A stretch of 64,000 bases of DNA from the human T2T-CHM13v2.0 reference genome, Homo sapiens: assembly GCF_009914755.1 (NCBI RefSeq), contig NC_060939.1; one strand, 5' to 3'. Shown piece by piece: positions 1-16,189 of this stretch (its first letter is position 1; each line of letters begins with the position of its first letter). A program made the position numbers and the translations under genes. The notes beneath the pieces were generated by a model. It saw only the letters and a program-made list of their open reading frames with translations. It was not told the origin of the DNA and searched no databases.

Positions 1-2665
1 TAAATGCTTGAGATACACTTTAAATTTCACAACTTCACCAACATGTTTCTTCTTCCTATATGTTCCCTCCAAATACTGGTGAGCCCGGGCGCCTTCCAGC
101 CCAGCTCATCAGCATACACTTTGAGTACTTCTTTCCTTGCCGTAGGGAGAAGCTCGGTGATTTTCACCATTGAGAGCCAGCCTGAGAGCCCAGAACAGCT
201 CTGGTGTGTGGCTTGAGGGCAGAGCCCACAATATCCCCCACCCTCGCCTGCCACAGAAATTCATCCCATAGGTGAAGCAAGGAGGCTCCACTCACTCCGC
301 GATTAAGATGCAACCCCAGCCCAGAGCAGTGTGAGACAATGTGGAAATGCTTCGGGTTGAACTGTTGTATCAGCTTAGCTCTTAAGGAATAGAAGAAAGA
401 GATAAATCTTGATGTCTAAATTTGAAGGGAGTTGGAGGGCTGAAGGGCTGTATGTGGGCAGTGTGAGGAAGTTAGGAAGAACTGGGTCCAGGTGAACCCA
501 CTGTCTTCCCCCAGTGTCCACAGTAGTCTCTGGGAGCCCTGCGTGGAGGGTACCCAGAGAAAGGGGGACCCAGGCAAAGCCCTTTGCCCTCCACTGTGCC
601 TCTCTGCAGCAGGAAGAGAACAGAGACCATACAAAGAGAACACTCATACTAAACTTCTTCAGGTCCTTCCATTTCCCTCCAACCAGCCTACCCAGCCTCA
701 TGCTTCTAAAAAAGTCCCCCTAAAGCCACCGACATGACTGTACAGTCAGGACCGGCCACGCTGGAGAGCTGCTCCAAAACTTCAGGATGAAACCTGGTCT
801 CTCAAAGTAATTCAGCCTGTGATTTTCAGCAATTCAAAACTCTATTTGTTATTACTGCTACCAATAAATCTGAGAGAGACAAAAAGCCCCTTCCAAATGG
901 CATTTCAATATTTACCTCTGCAGTTGGTAGTATGTTGATTGTTGATACCCAGAAACAACAGATTTCTTTTTCACAATGTGTCCAAACTGTCCCGCCTTGC
1001 CCCACTGAGGCATCAGCCAGCACCTCCTGCAAATAACATGCACGGTAGAGCGTAGAGAGAGACTTGGCATTTCAGAGTCTACTTTAAATTTTATCAGCAT
1101 TACACTTTCGAGATTCAAGTTTGAAGCAATAGTCTGAAAGGAAAGCATTTTGAATTTCAAAAGCTGGGCCCTGAGAAACAATATGCCTTCATACTGAGTT
1201 TGTTTTCTTCACCCTGAAAAACAGATGATGTTTTCCTGGGCTGGGGAAGGGATGAAAGAATGTCAGAGGAAAAAGCAAGAAGTGGAGTCAGGAGATCCAG
1301 GAAAACGTGCAGGGCTCTCCCCAGTGCCTGAACCCTAGCAGCGAGGACAGGGTGGAGACAGTGGAGAGGCGGGGCGGAAAGGTGGAGCTAACCCCACTTC
1401 CTCTGAGTGCCCTCCCTTCTCCCAGTGTGGAGAAGGCTCTGGCTATCCTGCCACTTGGACTGACGGACACACACAGTATCACAGAGTTCCTTCCCACTCC
1501 AGCGTCGCCTGGGAGGCAGTAAACTACTTCCCCCTTGTCAGGAGTCAGGCACCTGAGTCCTCCCATGTTCCCTCTGGCCGCAGAGTGCCACAGGCTGCAG
1601 AGGGCTCCTTCCAGACCCCTAGGAGTGGCCTGAAATAGCTGGGAGGATGCTGTACTGGAGGGGCCCTGCACCCAGGAACAAGGGGTGACTGAGCCTCGCC
1701 CTGCACACACTGACGTTCACCCTGACAATGCAGCCTCAGGGATGACAGACAGGAGATGATGGGACAGACACCCAACCCCAGCCACCCCTAGGTCATGGCA
1801 CAAAGGAGCCATCCAAAATAGCCACACTTGGTGGCAGCTGGGACAAGACACACACATACGTGCATGTGTGCATGTGTGTGCGAGGGAGACCTACGTTCCT
1901 TGGAATTTCCTTTCCGCCATTGGTGGAAGGGAGCTTACAAAGTAACTTCTGTTGTATACACATAGAGCTACATTTTTTGGAAACTTTGGGATTCATGTCC
2001 TACTAGTTTCTTTCATTTATGCTTTACAGCTAATGTTAGGCACATAAAAAAAGATATTATTGAGAGTAAACTTTATTGCCAGCACTTTAGAGTACAAATA
2101 GATGTAATCTATTTCCACCTGCAGTTGAAAACTTATAAAAAAAATTCACTATGGAGTGAATATTTTACTGCTATGGGAACTGTAAAACAAAACAAAACAA
2201 AAAAAACCTGTAAAAAATCTGTAAAAACAAAACAACTGTTAAAAAAAAACAAAGACACATAAAATTACCATGTTTTTAAATCCCTGAGGCAAAACCATCA
2301 ACAAAATAAATAAATCCATTAGACTTTCAAATCACAATAATAATGCCCACAATGATTTTCTTCTGCTGTACCTATAAAACCCCAAATAAGAAACGATCTC
2401 ATCTATAGATGTAAGGCGATAACAATTCACTCCACCTAGCGTGAAGCCCACAGTGAATGTGGAAGCTCAAAGAGACATTTCTGTGCCCACTGGCAGAAGG
2501 GCTATCAGGGGATGTGACATTTGCTCGTGGATGTCAACATGGAGAGAAAGCAAATCTTCAGTTTAGAAGAACTGGGTTAGATCAAAGCCACTCACCCTTA
2601 TGCAAGAGAAGGGATCTCTTTTGAGAAGCCCGCAAGTCACTAGCAGACAATGAAACCATGAGAAT

Positions 2666-3020
<355 letters not shown>

Positions 3021-3337
3021 TTACATGTCCTATCAGTGTAATTCCTGCAAAGGCCCCTGTGAGTGGGCTTGGTCTGCATTTATTATGCAATTCCCCAGGC
3101 GTCCTCACTCTAGCAGGGGAGCCAGGATGATGCTTCAGGTCCCCAGGCATCAGTGTCACCTCAAAACTGCCCCTGCACATTAATGTTCTCTGCAGACTCA
3201 CATCTCATGGACCTAGCCCAGTTCACGGCCTGTGACCTGGCTTCTGGGGCTAAATGCAGGAATGTCTGAACCCTCTTGGTTTCTGCCATAGAAAGCAAAC
3301 CCCTGCCTCTCCGAGACTAGAATTTCCGCAGAGTCTC

Positions 3338-3699
3338 TGTCTTAGTCTGCTCAAACTACCATAACAGAACACCATGGACTAGAGGGCTTAAAGAATAGAC
3401 ATGTATTTCTCACAGTTCTAGAGGCTAGGGGTTGGGAATGGGGCGGACCAGGGTCCACTTCTGGTGTGGGCCTTCTTGGATGCAGACCTCTGCCTTCTCA
3501 CTGAATCTTACATGGCAGAGAGAGAGAGAGCAAGAGCAGTCTCTCCCTACAAAGGCACTAATCCTATCCTGACAGCCCCACTCTCAGGACTTTAGTGATT
3601 CACCTAATCACTTCCCAAAGGTCCTCCCTCCTGATAACATTGGGGATTAGAGCTCCAACAAGTCAACTTTGAGGGGACACAAACATTTAGTCCATAACA
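3338..3699 (-). mobile_element. MaLR solo LTR (MLT1A/B-like)
   Basis: Ends tgtcttagtc... and ...agtccataaca match reverse-complemented MLT1 termini; contains tttctcacagttctagaggct. Confidence 0.8.
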
Positions 3700-4034
3700 G
3701 CTCCAAATATAGAAAACGGTGTCAGTTGTGCAACAGCCACAAACAAACAGTGAAGACCCCGATTCTCCCTCTCTCCAGCAGGGGCGGGCCCGTGGGTGAA
3801 TTTACTTGAGTGGCCAGGATCTCATGTGGTACAAGATGCGGCTTCCTGGCACGGTTGGGAGTGTTAGGGATAATTCAAATGCTGGGAGGTTGGGAGCCTC
3901 AAAAGCGCAGACTCTAATCCTCACAGAGGGTCCAGCTTGCCTGCTAGTGGCTGTGGTTCTGCTACCAGGAAATACCTACAAAGCGAATGAGGTATTGGCT
4001 GCAAGCTTTTCATGTGTTCCTGGCTCCTGTGTGA

Positions 4035-4479
<445 letters not shown>

Positions 4480-5174
4480 ACCAGCAAATTTTTGCTCACT
4501 CCGCAGCACCATTTCAAATATAACTTCCTGTGACACCTTCCACAGTCCACTAGGCAGTGACCACATCCACAGGTATAGAAACATACTTTGGCTCTTTCTC
4601 TTTTACATTTCATTATAATTATAATTCTTTTGTATCGTGAGCCCTGGTTTTACATTTCATGCCACAGCAGATGCTGCTGGTGCCCTGCCTGTCCAAAGGC
4701 TGCTTCCCACACACACCTGAGGTTGTTTGCCTGAATGCTGTGTGCTGGTGTTGGGTGTATACTTGAACCACACACAAGGCAAGCCAGAATGTGAGGTTCC
4801 AGAAGCAGCCCTCAGCCAGAGAAGCTGGTGGGGAGTGGGTAGGTGAGCACTCAGCCTCCCCAGCCTTGGGTAGGATGACTATGAGCATGCTCAGAGCCTC
4901 GTCCCAGAATGGGCTCCCAGCGGTCCCCAACTCAGACAGGTCCCCAGCACCTAGGTCAATGCCTGACTTCAATTAGGTTCTGAATAAGTGTTTGATGAAT
5001 AAAATCAGCCCTGAAGTTGATCACAAATTCATTCAGTTATTCATGGATGCAATTAACATTTCTGGAAGATCTATCAGATTTCAGCCACTGTACTAGAGGC
5101 AACATCATATATTTGAGTCATCATTTTAAAGAGACTAAACCATAATATAGGAGATAATACATGCAAATACATAG

Positions 5175-5480
5175 TATAGTTATCTATCTTGGTGTAACAA
5201 ATTACCCCAAAATTCAGCAGCTTAAAACAACCATTTATTATCTTACATACTTCCTCTGGGTCAGGATCCACATGTGGCTTGGCTGGAACCCTCTAGCTCA
5301 GGGTCTCCCATGGGGTTGTAGTTGGGCTGTCAGCTGGCACTGCATCATCTGAAGGCTGGGCTGGGGCAGGGGGTCCACTTCCAAGGCAGCCGCTCACATC
5401 GCCGGCAAGCTGGTGTTGGCTGCTAGGAGGAGGCTCAGCTCTTCTGTGGACCCCTCCATAGTCTGCACGCATTTGCTGAC
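5175..5480 (-). mobile_element. Old MaLR LTR fragment (MLT1F-J-like)
   Basis: gtaacaaattaccccaaaattcagcagcttaaaacaacc and ggcaagctggtgttggctg are typical antisense MLT1 motifs. Confidence 0.7.
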
Positions 5481-5769
5481 ATGGATTCTAAGTAACTTGG
5501 GAAAAATGTCTACTCTCGGCTCTCAGCTTTGTTCTGTCACCCTCTTGGTACCTTGACTTCAGGAAGAAGTCAATAAGCAGTATCCCACAACTTTCCCTTG
5601 TTGATCACTCACTGGGAAGCTAAAAATCCCTTATGCACAAAGACAAGAATGTTAGAGATATGGAACCACTCAGCTCCACACTCCTGGGGAAGTTGGGATT
5701 TCCAGCAGAGCCAGGGAGAAGCCCTCCTATTTCCTCATTCTTGCCATACCAGCAGCCAATCACCTGGGT

Positions 5770-5870
5770 GCTAGCTTGGCCACCTGCCAGCTATTTGACT
5801 TTGGGGAGGTTATTTAGCGTTCTCTGCCTCAGTTTCCCCATGTGCAAACTGGGGATGATAATAGCACCCT
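5770..5870 (+). mobile_element. MIR SINE fragment
   Basis: MIR core tctctgcctcagtttccccatgtgcaaactggggatgataatag. Confidence 0.75.
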
Positions 5871-6887
5871 GGGAAGCATCCCTGCTGCTCAGCGGTGTTC
5901 TGGTGTTCAGGTCTTTTTTGAAGCTATGGAGATACTAAAATCAAAAGGGTTCTTAGAATGAGATGCTCAGTTCCACTTGAATGAGGACTGGGGAAAGATG
6001 AACAGCGAGACTGATATGAGCTGAGTGGGGGCAGAGCTCAGGAAGTCTGGGTACCCAGAAGGCAGGGGGAGGGAAGGCAATGGAAAGAAGAGTGGCAAGC
6101 TAGCAGGCCGAGAGTGGCAGCTACTGAGGTACACTCCGGAGAGCAGACCACTTGCCTGGGCTGCTCAGTGGGTGGAGTGGTAGGCATGCTGGCCCATGGG
6201 GATCCTGGCAGGGGGTGGGTTCTGGGTGCAGCCACATAGATTTTTTGGGACAAGTGTGAAGTGGCTTGAGAATGCAGAAGGCATTCAAGTTTTAGGGTGG
6301 CTTTGGCGAAGCCTGAGGGAGTGTTGGTGTTCTTGCTCCAACATCCATCCAGGCACATCCATCATTGTACCTGGAAGATGCCGGAGGCTAGCATGGGCCT
6401 GTGGGCAGAGGACGATGGAGGGGGAGAGTCAGGAGCAGCATCCAGAGGAGGGATCACAGAGCACGCTCTTCTAAGCTGTCCCTTCTTCCCAGCAGTGTGA
6501 AGTCCCAGATCTGCCAATTTTTCAAGAGGTGCCCATATGTTAATTAATTATATTAATATTGATAACTACTTCATAGTTGAGATCTGCACTTGGCAAGCAG
6601 TGATGAGGCCTGTTTCATGCACTGCTTCTAGTCCTGACATTGCAATGCCCAGATAGGAGCAAGACACTTGAGCCTGTAGAGTTACAGAGCTTATGGGATG
6701 CCTCTGGCTCGCCTGCAGCCACCTCAGGTGACTAGCTTTAGGAAAAGACCAGACAATGCCTTGGGTCTAAATGAGAAGAAACCAGAAAGTCAGCAGCAAA
6801 GGCCCCACTTGGCAGAGGTGATAAATTCAGGTCCCAAAGCAGGAGCTCCTTGCTTTGTCCTACAAGTAAGTCACCCTGGGCCCATGG

Positions 6888-7320
6888 ATTGATTGACACA
6901 AATATCCACAGGGCACTTTTTGTGTACCAGGCTCTGAACCAGACTTCTGGTGGTAGAGACAGATGAGTGACTACACATTCAAAATGCGTTGTGCTCAGTG
7001 GAGTAGACGTTTGCAGGACATGTGGTAGAACAGGGAGCAGCCCTGAAGGAGACTTGTTGGAGCATCAAGTTGCGAGAAACTGACCCCCAAACAGGTCTTT
7101 GAAAGGAGAATGGCAATTTGATATTAGGCAAGGAGGAAAAGGTCTTATCAGTGAGAGGATCAGTAAGCATGAAAGTTCCTGGATAAGCTTGGGAATTACC
7201 AAGTGTTGAGAATTCATGTGATGTTGAGGTAGAGGTGAAGCGATGATTCAATGTAGAAGGCTGAGGATGCTGCTGGCCAGATCACAGGGACTTCTTCTTG
7301 CCAAGAACAGAGAACTGTTG
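6888..7320 (-). mobile_element. L2 LINE fragment
   Basis: Resembles the antisense L2 3' end (caaatat...gggcac...tgtgtaccaggc); highly diverged. Confidence 0.45.
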
Positions 7321-7360
7321 TGCAAATCAGTTGTGTAAACAAAACAAAAATGTCTGCAGG

Positions 7361-7648
7361 AGGAACAGAAAGCCAAATACCACATGTTCTCACTTATAAG
7401 TGGGAGCCCAACATTGGGTACTTATGGACATAAAGACTGGAAGGATAGACACTGTGGACTCCTAGAGGCAGGAGGGAAGGGAGGGAGCAAGGATTGAAAA
7501 ACTATGCACTGGGGACTATACTCAGTACCTGGGGGAGGGGATCATTCATATCCCAAACCTCAGCATCACAAAATATACCCAGTAACAAACTTGTGCATGT
7601 ACCACCTGAATGTAAAGTAAACGTTGAGATTATAAAAAAAAAAAAAAA
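7361..7648 (+). mobile_element. L1 3' end (L1PB-like), 5' truncated
   Basis: caaataccacatgttctcacttataagtgggag, L1 3'UTR and poly(A); near-TSD aaaaatgtctgcagg / aaaaattctgcagg. Confidence 0.85.
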
Positions 7649-7787
7649 TTCTGCAGGTACTGCCCTTAATCACTTTCACTTGTGTTAGAATTATTTAACT
7701 GAATGTTAAACTATTTTGTGTTTAAATAAAAATGTAATAACTACAGTTGACCGTTGAACAACATGACCCATGAACAAAAATTCTTTT

Positions 7788-9437
<1,650 letters not shown>

Positions 9438-11415
9438 TTACACGGATTTTCAGTAGAGTTCCACTTTTACATGGATTTTCTTCTGCCTCTGCCACTCCTG
9501 AGACAGCAAGACCAATCCCTCCTCTTCCTCCTCCTCCTTAGCCTACTCAACGTGAATACAATGAAGATGAAGACCTTTATGATGATCCACTTTCTTGTAA
9601 TGAACAGTAAATATATTTTTTCTTCCTTAAGATTATCTTATAACATTTTTTTCTAACTTACTTTATTGTAAAAATATTGCATATAATACATATGACATAC
9701 AAAATATGGGGTAATTGATTATTTACATTATCAGTAAGGCTATGGTCAACAGTAGGCTATTAGCAAAGTTTTTGGAGAGTTAGAAGGTATATGTGGATTT
9801 TCAACTAAGCAGAGGGTCAGTGCTCCAACCCCCATGTTGCTCAAGGATCAATTACAATTTAAATAATACTATTAAATATATATTTAATAGCATACATTGT
9901 GTATACATATATATTTATATATCTGAAATATATACACACATTTGTAAGCATTCAAAAATAGATATCTTATATTTTGTTAATATTTTGTAACATAGTCATA
10001 AAATAAAAGGTGAAAAATATAGTATTCACGAGTTACACCTACACCTTGACCCTATTCCCCTGCTGTGTTCTCTCCTCGTTGGTGCATTTGATTGCAAAGC
10101 CAATTATTTGCCATGTTTTGCGGAGAGGAGAGAATGAAGATAAGACCCTCCCACAGCACTTCCTTTGGCCAAAACATGGTCACCAACATTTGGGAAATAT
10201 TTTTGCTAGATCAAATCACAGTTTAAGTAAGTGCTAAATTTATTACTTTTCCATCACGTTCCTCTCTCAGAGTTTCCTCATGCATTCTGGAACCTGGGTG
10301 CAAACAGGCCAGAGTCAGAGTCTATGGGCTGGATGTGAGGAATGTTTCCAGAGTGGTGCACAGGTGGGGAGCAGCCCTGCTGAAGCCTCATCAACCCCCA
10401 AAGGCAGTGCTTGTCATGTCCCTACTGGGAAAGACTTAAATCCTGTCTCCTCAAAACACTAACAACCAAGGCTAAGCATAAGTGTGGTTTCCATTTCCAT
10501 TAAAATGTACGTTTTTGCACCTGGCTATGTTAAGGCTCTGCCGTGTGGAATGTGATAGGCCCAGCTGAGCATGCTGTTCACCCGTGTCTGATAGCCTGGA
10601 CAAGGAGACCAGTCACCTGGGGGTGACACATGGTGCATGGGTCTCCAAGCTGCTCATTCCCAGGACATCCATCTGGAGCAAATAAGCAATAATGATGTTA
10701 GGAAAGGAAGTCTTTCAGTAAGTGCCTCAGGAATTCTCAACAGGCCTCCACGAAGATAAGATTACAAACATGTATATCCATAAACACACATCACTGCTTA
10801 AAATTTTTCTCCCAGTAGAGAGCCTCAATAGTAGATGCATTTAGACAAATCTTTTCTGTGGGAATACACTACTTCTGCTCTGGAGAAATAAATATCAAAT
10901 ACAGTCTAATGAAACTGCATTAGGGAAACAAAGCATTAAGGAAAAGGAAAACCCAGGACAGAGAATAGATTTGGGGTTTGGGCTTTTCAGATGCAAAAGA
11001 GAGAGCCAGTCTCCTTTGAGGGGTATCTGTCTGGCATCTGCTTTATTTCATCCTGTTAGTGAGATTTGAAGGAATAGAAAAGTGATTTCATGTTAATAGG
11101 ATTGGACAAGAGAGCATTATCTAGGATGGCATTTTCCTTAGATGAGGTTTTGGGTACTTCTTATTGCAGTCAGTTCATTTATATTTTAAACACCTGCAAG
11201 ACTACAGTGAAATGAACTCCCTCTTAATCATCATTATGGAGAATGAATAAATACATGCATTTATCTTGCACCAGGTAATTGGCTGTGAAGCATTCTGTGA
11301 TCCTTTCATTAGGGTGATGAGATCCAAAAATAGATGGCAAGTAGGTTTATTAGAAACTAACAGGCCCACCTGAGGTGTAAAAAAATCCTGTAAATGCAGT
11401 GGTTTGCAGCAATTG

Positions 11416-11450
11416 TGTGCATGTGTGTGTGCGTGTGTGTGCATGCATGT
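11416..11450. repeat. Imperfect (TG)n microsatellite
   Basis: tgtgtgcatgtgtgtgtgcgtgtgtgtgcatgcatgtg. Confidence 0.7.
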
Positions 11451-12128
11451 GGGTTTTGGAGGGAGCAGCAAGGTGGAAAAATGCAGGAACTACCTCATTC
11501 TTCTACCTGCCTTAGGTGCCCTTCTGTGAAATGAAGCGAAATGTTTAGAAAGAACGTATTTCAGTATTTTAAATATTGTTCCAGCCATACTTACATATGC
11601 TAGTCTCATATCTGTCCTATATAAGCACTCTGCAAATTTTAGAACACTATATAATTTCATAGGCTCTATAATGCTTTGATTAATTAACAATTAATACTTT
11701 AATTAGCACATTGTAGTCTGTAATATAAAATGTAATTATCCATAACAGTCAATCTTGCATCATTAAATTGACCTAACCAGAACAACGAAAAAGCAAATAA
11801 ACAGTGTAATTCACCCTCTTTGGAAAATCCCTGAGAGGGTTTCTCCACTCCTTCCTCTAGTGTTCCAGTTTGAGATCCTGTTGAGTAGATCTAGTCTGTT
11901 TCCATGAGCTCCTCTTCCGCCAGCATTACCTGCCATATTGAAATGCTGCATCACTTCAGCTGAGGATTAGGCTTTGGCTAATTATAATGGTATATTCAGA
12001 GCTCTGACTTGGATCCTAGCAAGAGTGACAGTATGGAAGGCGGAATGTTGGTTCCCCATGATTCTGACCCTCCAATCTAGTGATACATCTGTGAATATGT
12101 CGAGATGGCAACAGAAAAAAATGAATAC

Positions 12129-12432
12129 AGCCTGGGCGCGGTGACTCACACCTGTATTCCCAGAACTTTTGGAGGCTGAGACAGGAAGATCACTTGAGCC
12201 CAGGAGTTCGAGACTATCCTGAGCAACATGGCGCGACCTCGTTGCTACAAAAAATACAAAAATTAGCAGGGCATGTTGTCATGTGCCTGTAGGCCCGGTT
12301 GCTCAGGAGGCTTGAGGTGGGAGATCGCCTGAGCCCGGGAGATAGAGGCTGCTGTGAAACAAGACTGCACCACTGCACTCCAGCCTGGGTGACAGAGTGA
12401 GACTTTGTCTCCAAAAAGAAAAAAAAAAAAAG
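12129..12432 (+). mobile_element. Alu SINE (AluJ)
   Basis: AluJ diagnostics cttgagcccaggagttcgag and gaggctgctgtg; A-tail. Confidence 0.93.
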
Positions 12433-12696
12433 GAGAAGAATATAGAATTCAGTACTTGGAAGTGGTGTCCCGTTATAATAAATTCCTAAAAATGTGAACA
12501 TAGATTTGGAATTGGGCAGTGAGCAGAGGCTGAAACCTTTTTGAGAAGCATGATAGAAAAGGCCTATATTGCCTTCCACAGACAGTAAAGATGCATATTT
12601 TAAGGGTTCTGGTAGTGAGAACTCAGAAGGAAGTAAAAGACTTGGTAGAGAAACCATAAATTCTCTTAGAGAGTAGCCACGTCACCACAAACATAC

Positions 12697-12770
12697 TTGC
12701 AGTGAGCCAAGATCGCGCCCCTGCACTCCAGCCTGGGCGACAGAGCGAGACTCCATCTCAAAATAAAAAG
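12697..12770 (+). mobile_element. Alu 3' fragment (AluY-like, about 70 bp)
   Basis: cttgcagtgagccaagatcgcgcccctgcactccagcctgggcgacagagcgagactccatctcaaaa. Confidence 0.92.
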
Positions 12771-13459
12771 AAATGCTATTGAAAACTAAAGAGAGGGGAT
12801 CCATGTCATGTATTGGCAGAGAGCTTAGTAAAATTGTGCCCTGCAGTTATATGAAATGTATAACATACACAACAATCTTTGTCATTTAGCTGAAGACATT
12901 TCCAAACTAAGTGTTGAAGGCACAACCCAGACTCATCTTGTTGCCTATAATAAAACATGAGAAGAGAGAGATACATTCAGAAAATAACTGTTAAGCAAAA
13001 AGGAACCATGAGTGAATGATTTGGGAAGTGGCAGCCTATCCAAATAGCAAACACTGCTAAAATGGAGAAAATCACTGTCAGGAATGCATACTCTTGAGAA
13101 AAACTGAGAGTATGGTTTAACAAACTTTTGCTAGTGTCTCAAAAACATTAAAAAATTGACTTTATTTTTGATCATTCAGTGACACAAAAAGCTTTTGGAA
13201 GAGATTGAGAGTGTGTGAAATCAGTAATTTGAACAAATCAAGGAGGAAAAAGTTCAAAAAGTTAACATAATTGTGTCTATAAAAGTGTGGTGAATGAAGG
13301 TCGCAGAGCACAATGTTTGCCAAATAGAAAATTGTCTATTTAAGTCCAAGATCCAGACCTTTCAGCTGCCCTGGAATTGGTACCTTCCTTGTGTGCATAA
13401 CACTATAATATTTTTTTAAACTATGTGAAAATGACGGAAACTAAAATTGAAGTAGAGCC

Positions 13460-14480
13460 TTCATGATTTCCGTTTGTCTTTGGTTTTCAGTTCTTTGAAT
13501 ACGGTGTGACTCTTTTTTTGGGTATTTATTCTGCTTGATATTTTCTGAGCTTCACGGGTCAGTGGTTTGGGGTCTGCCACTAATTTTGAAAAATCACAAT
13601 TGCCCAATTTTTACTTCTTCAAATGTGTCTTCTTTCCTGCTCCATTTTTCAGCTCTTCTGGGATTCCAATCATCTGTATGTGAGAGTGATACTGTTGCAC
13701 AGCTCTTGAAACACTTGTTTTGTTGGATTGTCTTTAGTATTTTTTACTCTTTGCGTTTCAGTTAGGGCAGTGTCTACCTCCCTAGCTTCAGTTTCAGGCA
13801 CATGAATCTGGATCTTGGGAGTATGCCTTGCACAATTGTTACAGCCTCATCTCCACTTGGAATGTGATGTCTAGCAGTATTTCTGCTCCTCTATTTAGGG
13901 TAGAGCTTTATTTATTTTCTTGTTCCCCTCTCCCATCTGAGGTGGATTTTTATGAGAGCCTCAAGCTACAATTTTTCTTGCTGTTTCCCTTGCAGACTGG
14001 CTTTTGTATCATAGGGGAGATAGACGAGATATTTCTAGGTAGAATTTTATCAGTTGCAGCCCTCTCATTCCTTAGTCAGTATTATGAGGATGAGGAAAGC
14101 TTTCCCAGGAACCTCCCCAGTCATCCCCATGAGTACTTGGTGGGCTTCCTTGTTGGGTGTTGAGGGGGGACCTAACAGAGGGTAGCAACTACCGTGTGTC
14201 CGCAGCCCCCAGGCATCTCACATGCCTACAGTAGTACCCTAATGACTCTTATGGTATCTGTTATTGTCTGCCCCTGGTAAATAAATGTGAGGGTCCTGTT
14301 TCTCCCCCTGGTAGCCTGTGTCTCTGTACATTTTAGTTTAGTGGCTTGGCCTGAGTTCTCAGTTCTCTGATGGGTTAAGGAAATCATTCCTTGGTTGTTT
14401 GTTCAGCATTTTTGTTGTTGTTGTAAAGATGAGTGTGAGATTCCAGCTGCTATATCTTGAGGGTGAAACTGGAAGCAAGC
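13460..14480 (-). mobile_element. Old L1M ORF1/5' region
   Basis: T-rich antisense ORF1-like sequence; ends with an L1M 5'-end-like ...aaactggaagc. Confidence 0.6.
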
Positions 14481-15132
14481 ATATTGCCTTTCCAGTCCTT
14501 ACCATGATGCAGAAACTTTGCATCCATCCAAAGAGTCAAGATAGGGTATTAAGAGAAACCACCATCTCTGTTTATGTTATATTTGTTATGTAGAATAAGC
14601 ATATCCAGTTTAATATGGAGAAAAATTAATAAATATAGTTTATCAAAAAATTAAAGGCACTCCAGTTTTGTTTTGTTTTTACTGTGCATTTCTTTCAGAA
14701 ACTGCATTGTTAAAATTGGATGGTAAATCATATTTTATTCCTAGAAAGAATGCTACAATTGAGGCTGAGTACCCAAGTAATCATTTAGGATCAAATAAAT
14801 CACAATCATAATGATACACTAACCACTCAACCTTAAATTTTTCTGACCATTTGAAATGGCTAAAGTAGGCTCCAATCCCCCATCCCAAGTAGTCATAAAT
14901 ATATTACCCACTCAATTTATTCTAGATTATTAAGGATATAAAATGATCTATGATGTACCACAGAGTTAACAGTAGAAATCTGAACTGTAACACAATTAAA
15001 CCTGAATTTAATAAGATATATTAACTAATATATTAATGAACTATGATTTCTCTCAAAATTTAGAAAGACTTCTAATAAATAATTTGTAAAACTTAAACCT
15101 CTTTAGTGGTCTCATGAAGTTCAAACTGAGGT

Positions 15133-15453
15133 TTTCTTTTTCTTTTTTATAATGAGACAGAGTCTCACTCTGTCACCCAGGCTGGAGTGCCATGGTGTGT
15201 CTCGGCTCTCCACCCACTGGGTTCAAGTGATTCTCATGCCTCAGTCTCCCAAGTAGCCAAGTAGCTGGGATTGCAGTCACATGCCACCATGCACCACCAT
15301 GCACCACCATGTCTGGCTAATTTTTGTATTTTTAGTAGAGATGGGGTTTCACCATGTTAGCTAGACAGGACTCAAACTCCTGGCCTCAAGTGATCCACTC
15401 GCCTTGGCCTCCCAAAATGCTGGGATTACAGGTGTGAGCCACCCCGCCTGGCT
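15133..15453 (-). mobile_element. Alu SINE (AluS/Jb) with internal microduplications
   Basis: Antisense Alu body. Confidence 0.93.
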
Positions 15454-15510
15454 GAGCATTTCTTTATGTTGCTAAAAATGCCCTTAAAATAACATGACAT
15501 ACTCGATAAC

Positions 15511-15810
15511 TATTTATTTATTTATTTTTTAGAGACAGAGTCTCCTTCTGTCACCCAGGCTGGAGTGTAGTGGCACAATCATAGGTCACAGGAGCCTCCA
15601 ATCCCTGGGCTCAAATGAGCCTCCTGCCTCAGTGACCTGAGTATCTAGGACTACAGGCACTTACCACCATGCCCAGCTAATGTAACTTTTTGTAGAGACG
15701 AGATTTTGCTATGTTGCCCAGGCTGTTCTTGAACTCCTGGCCTCAAGTGATGCTCCTGCTTTGGCCTCCTGAACTGCTAGGATTATAGGTATGAGCCACC
15801 ACACCTGGCC
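15511..15810 (-). mobile_element. Alu SINE (AluJ)
   Basis: Antisense Alu with J diagnostics (ctgggctcaa, gctatgttgccc). Confidence 0.93.
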
Positions 15811-16189
15811 GTCAATACCATTGTTCAAAAAGTAGACTGCATTTTCCTGCAGCACCTCCTTGCATCATCAAAGTAAAGAAAGGTTGTGGATATTTATATA
15901 CTAGGTTTCACAAAAATGGTAAATGAAGCACAGATTTCAAATCCAGGGAAGGTTGTATAGCTCATCTACAGAAGTTCCTGCAATCCTCATTAGGGTCAAA
16001 CCATTTATTATTACTGCCTTGAGAGTTGGACTTTTATAGGCTGCTTGGGTCCTCTTGGTTCCCAAACTGCTCTGGTGAATGTGCCTGTTGGAATGCAGGT
16101 CAGGGGCTGCTGAGTTCTCCCATTCGTTTGCATCAGCTGCCCTGGAGCAAGTCACAGTGTTGGCTGTGCACCCAAACCTGGACCAGAGT

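Larger units (their letters stand above)
12030..13210 (+). mobile_element. MLT1 LTR remnant plus MaLR internal sequence, interrupted by Alus
   Basis: aaaaatgtgaacatagatttggaattgggcagtg...gaagcatgatagaaaaggcc resembles the MLT1-int start and the MaLR internal sequence at 55436 onward. Confidence 0.7.

Noticed and set aside
1-2000. Short ORFs in the unique left end
   Set aside because: No recognisable domain, overlapping frames on both strands, and no convincing exon structure
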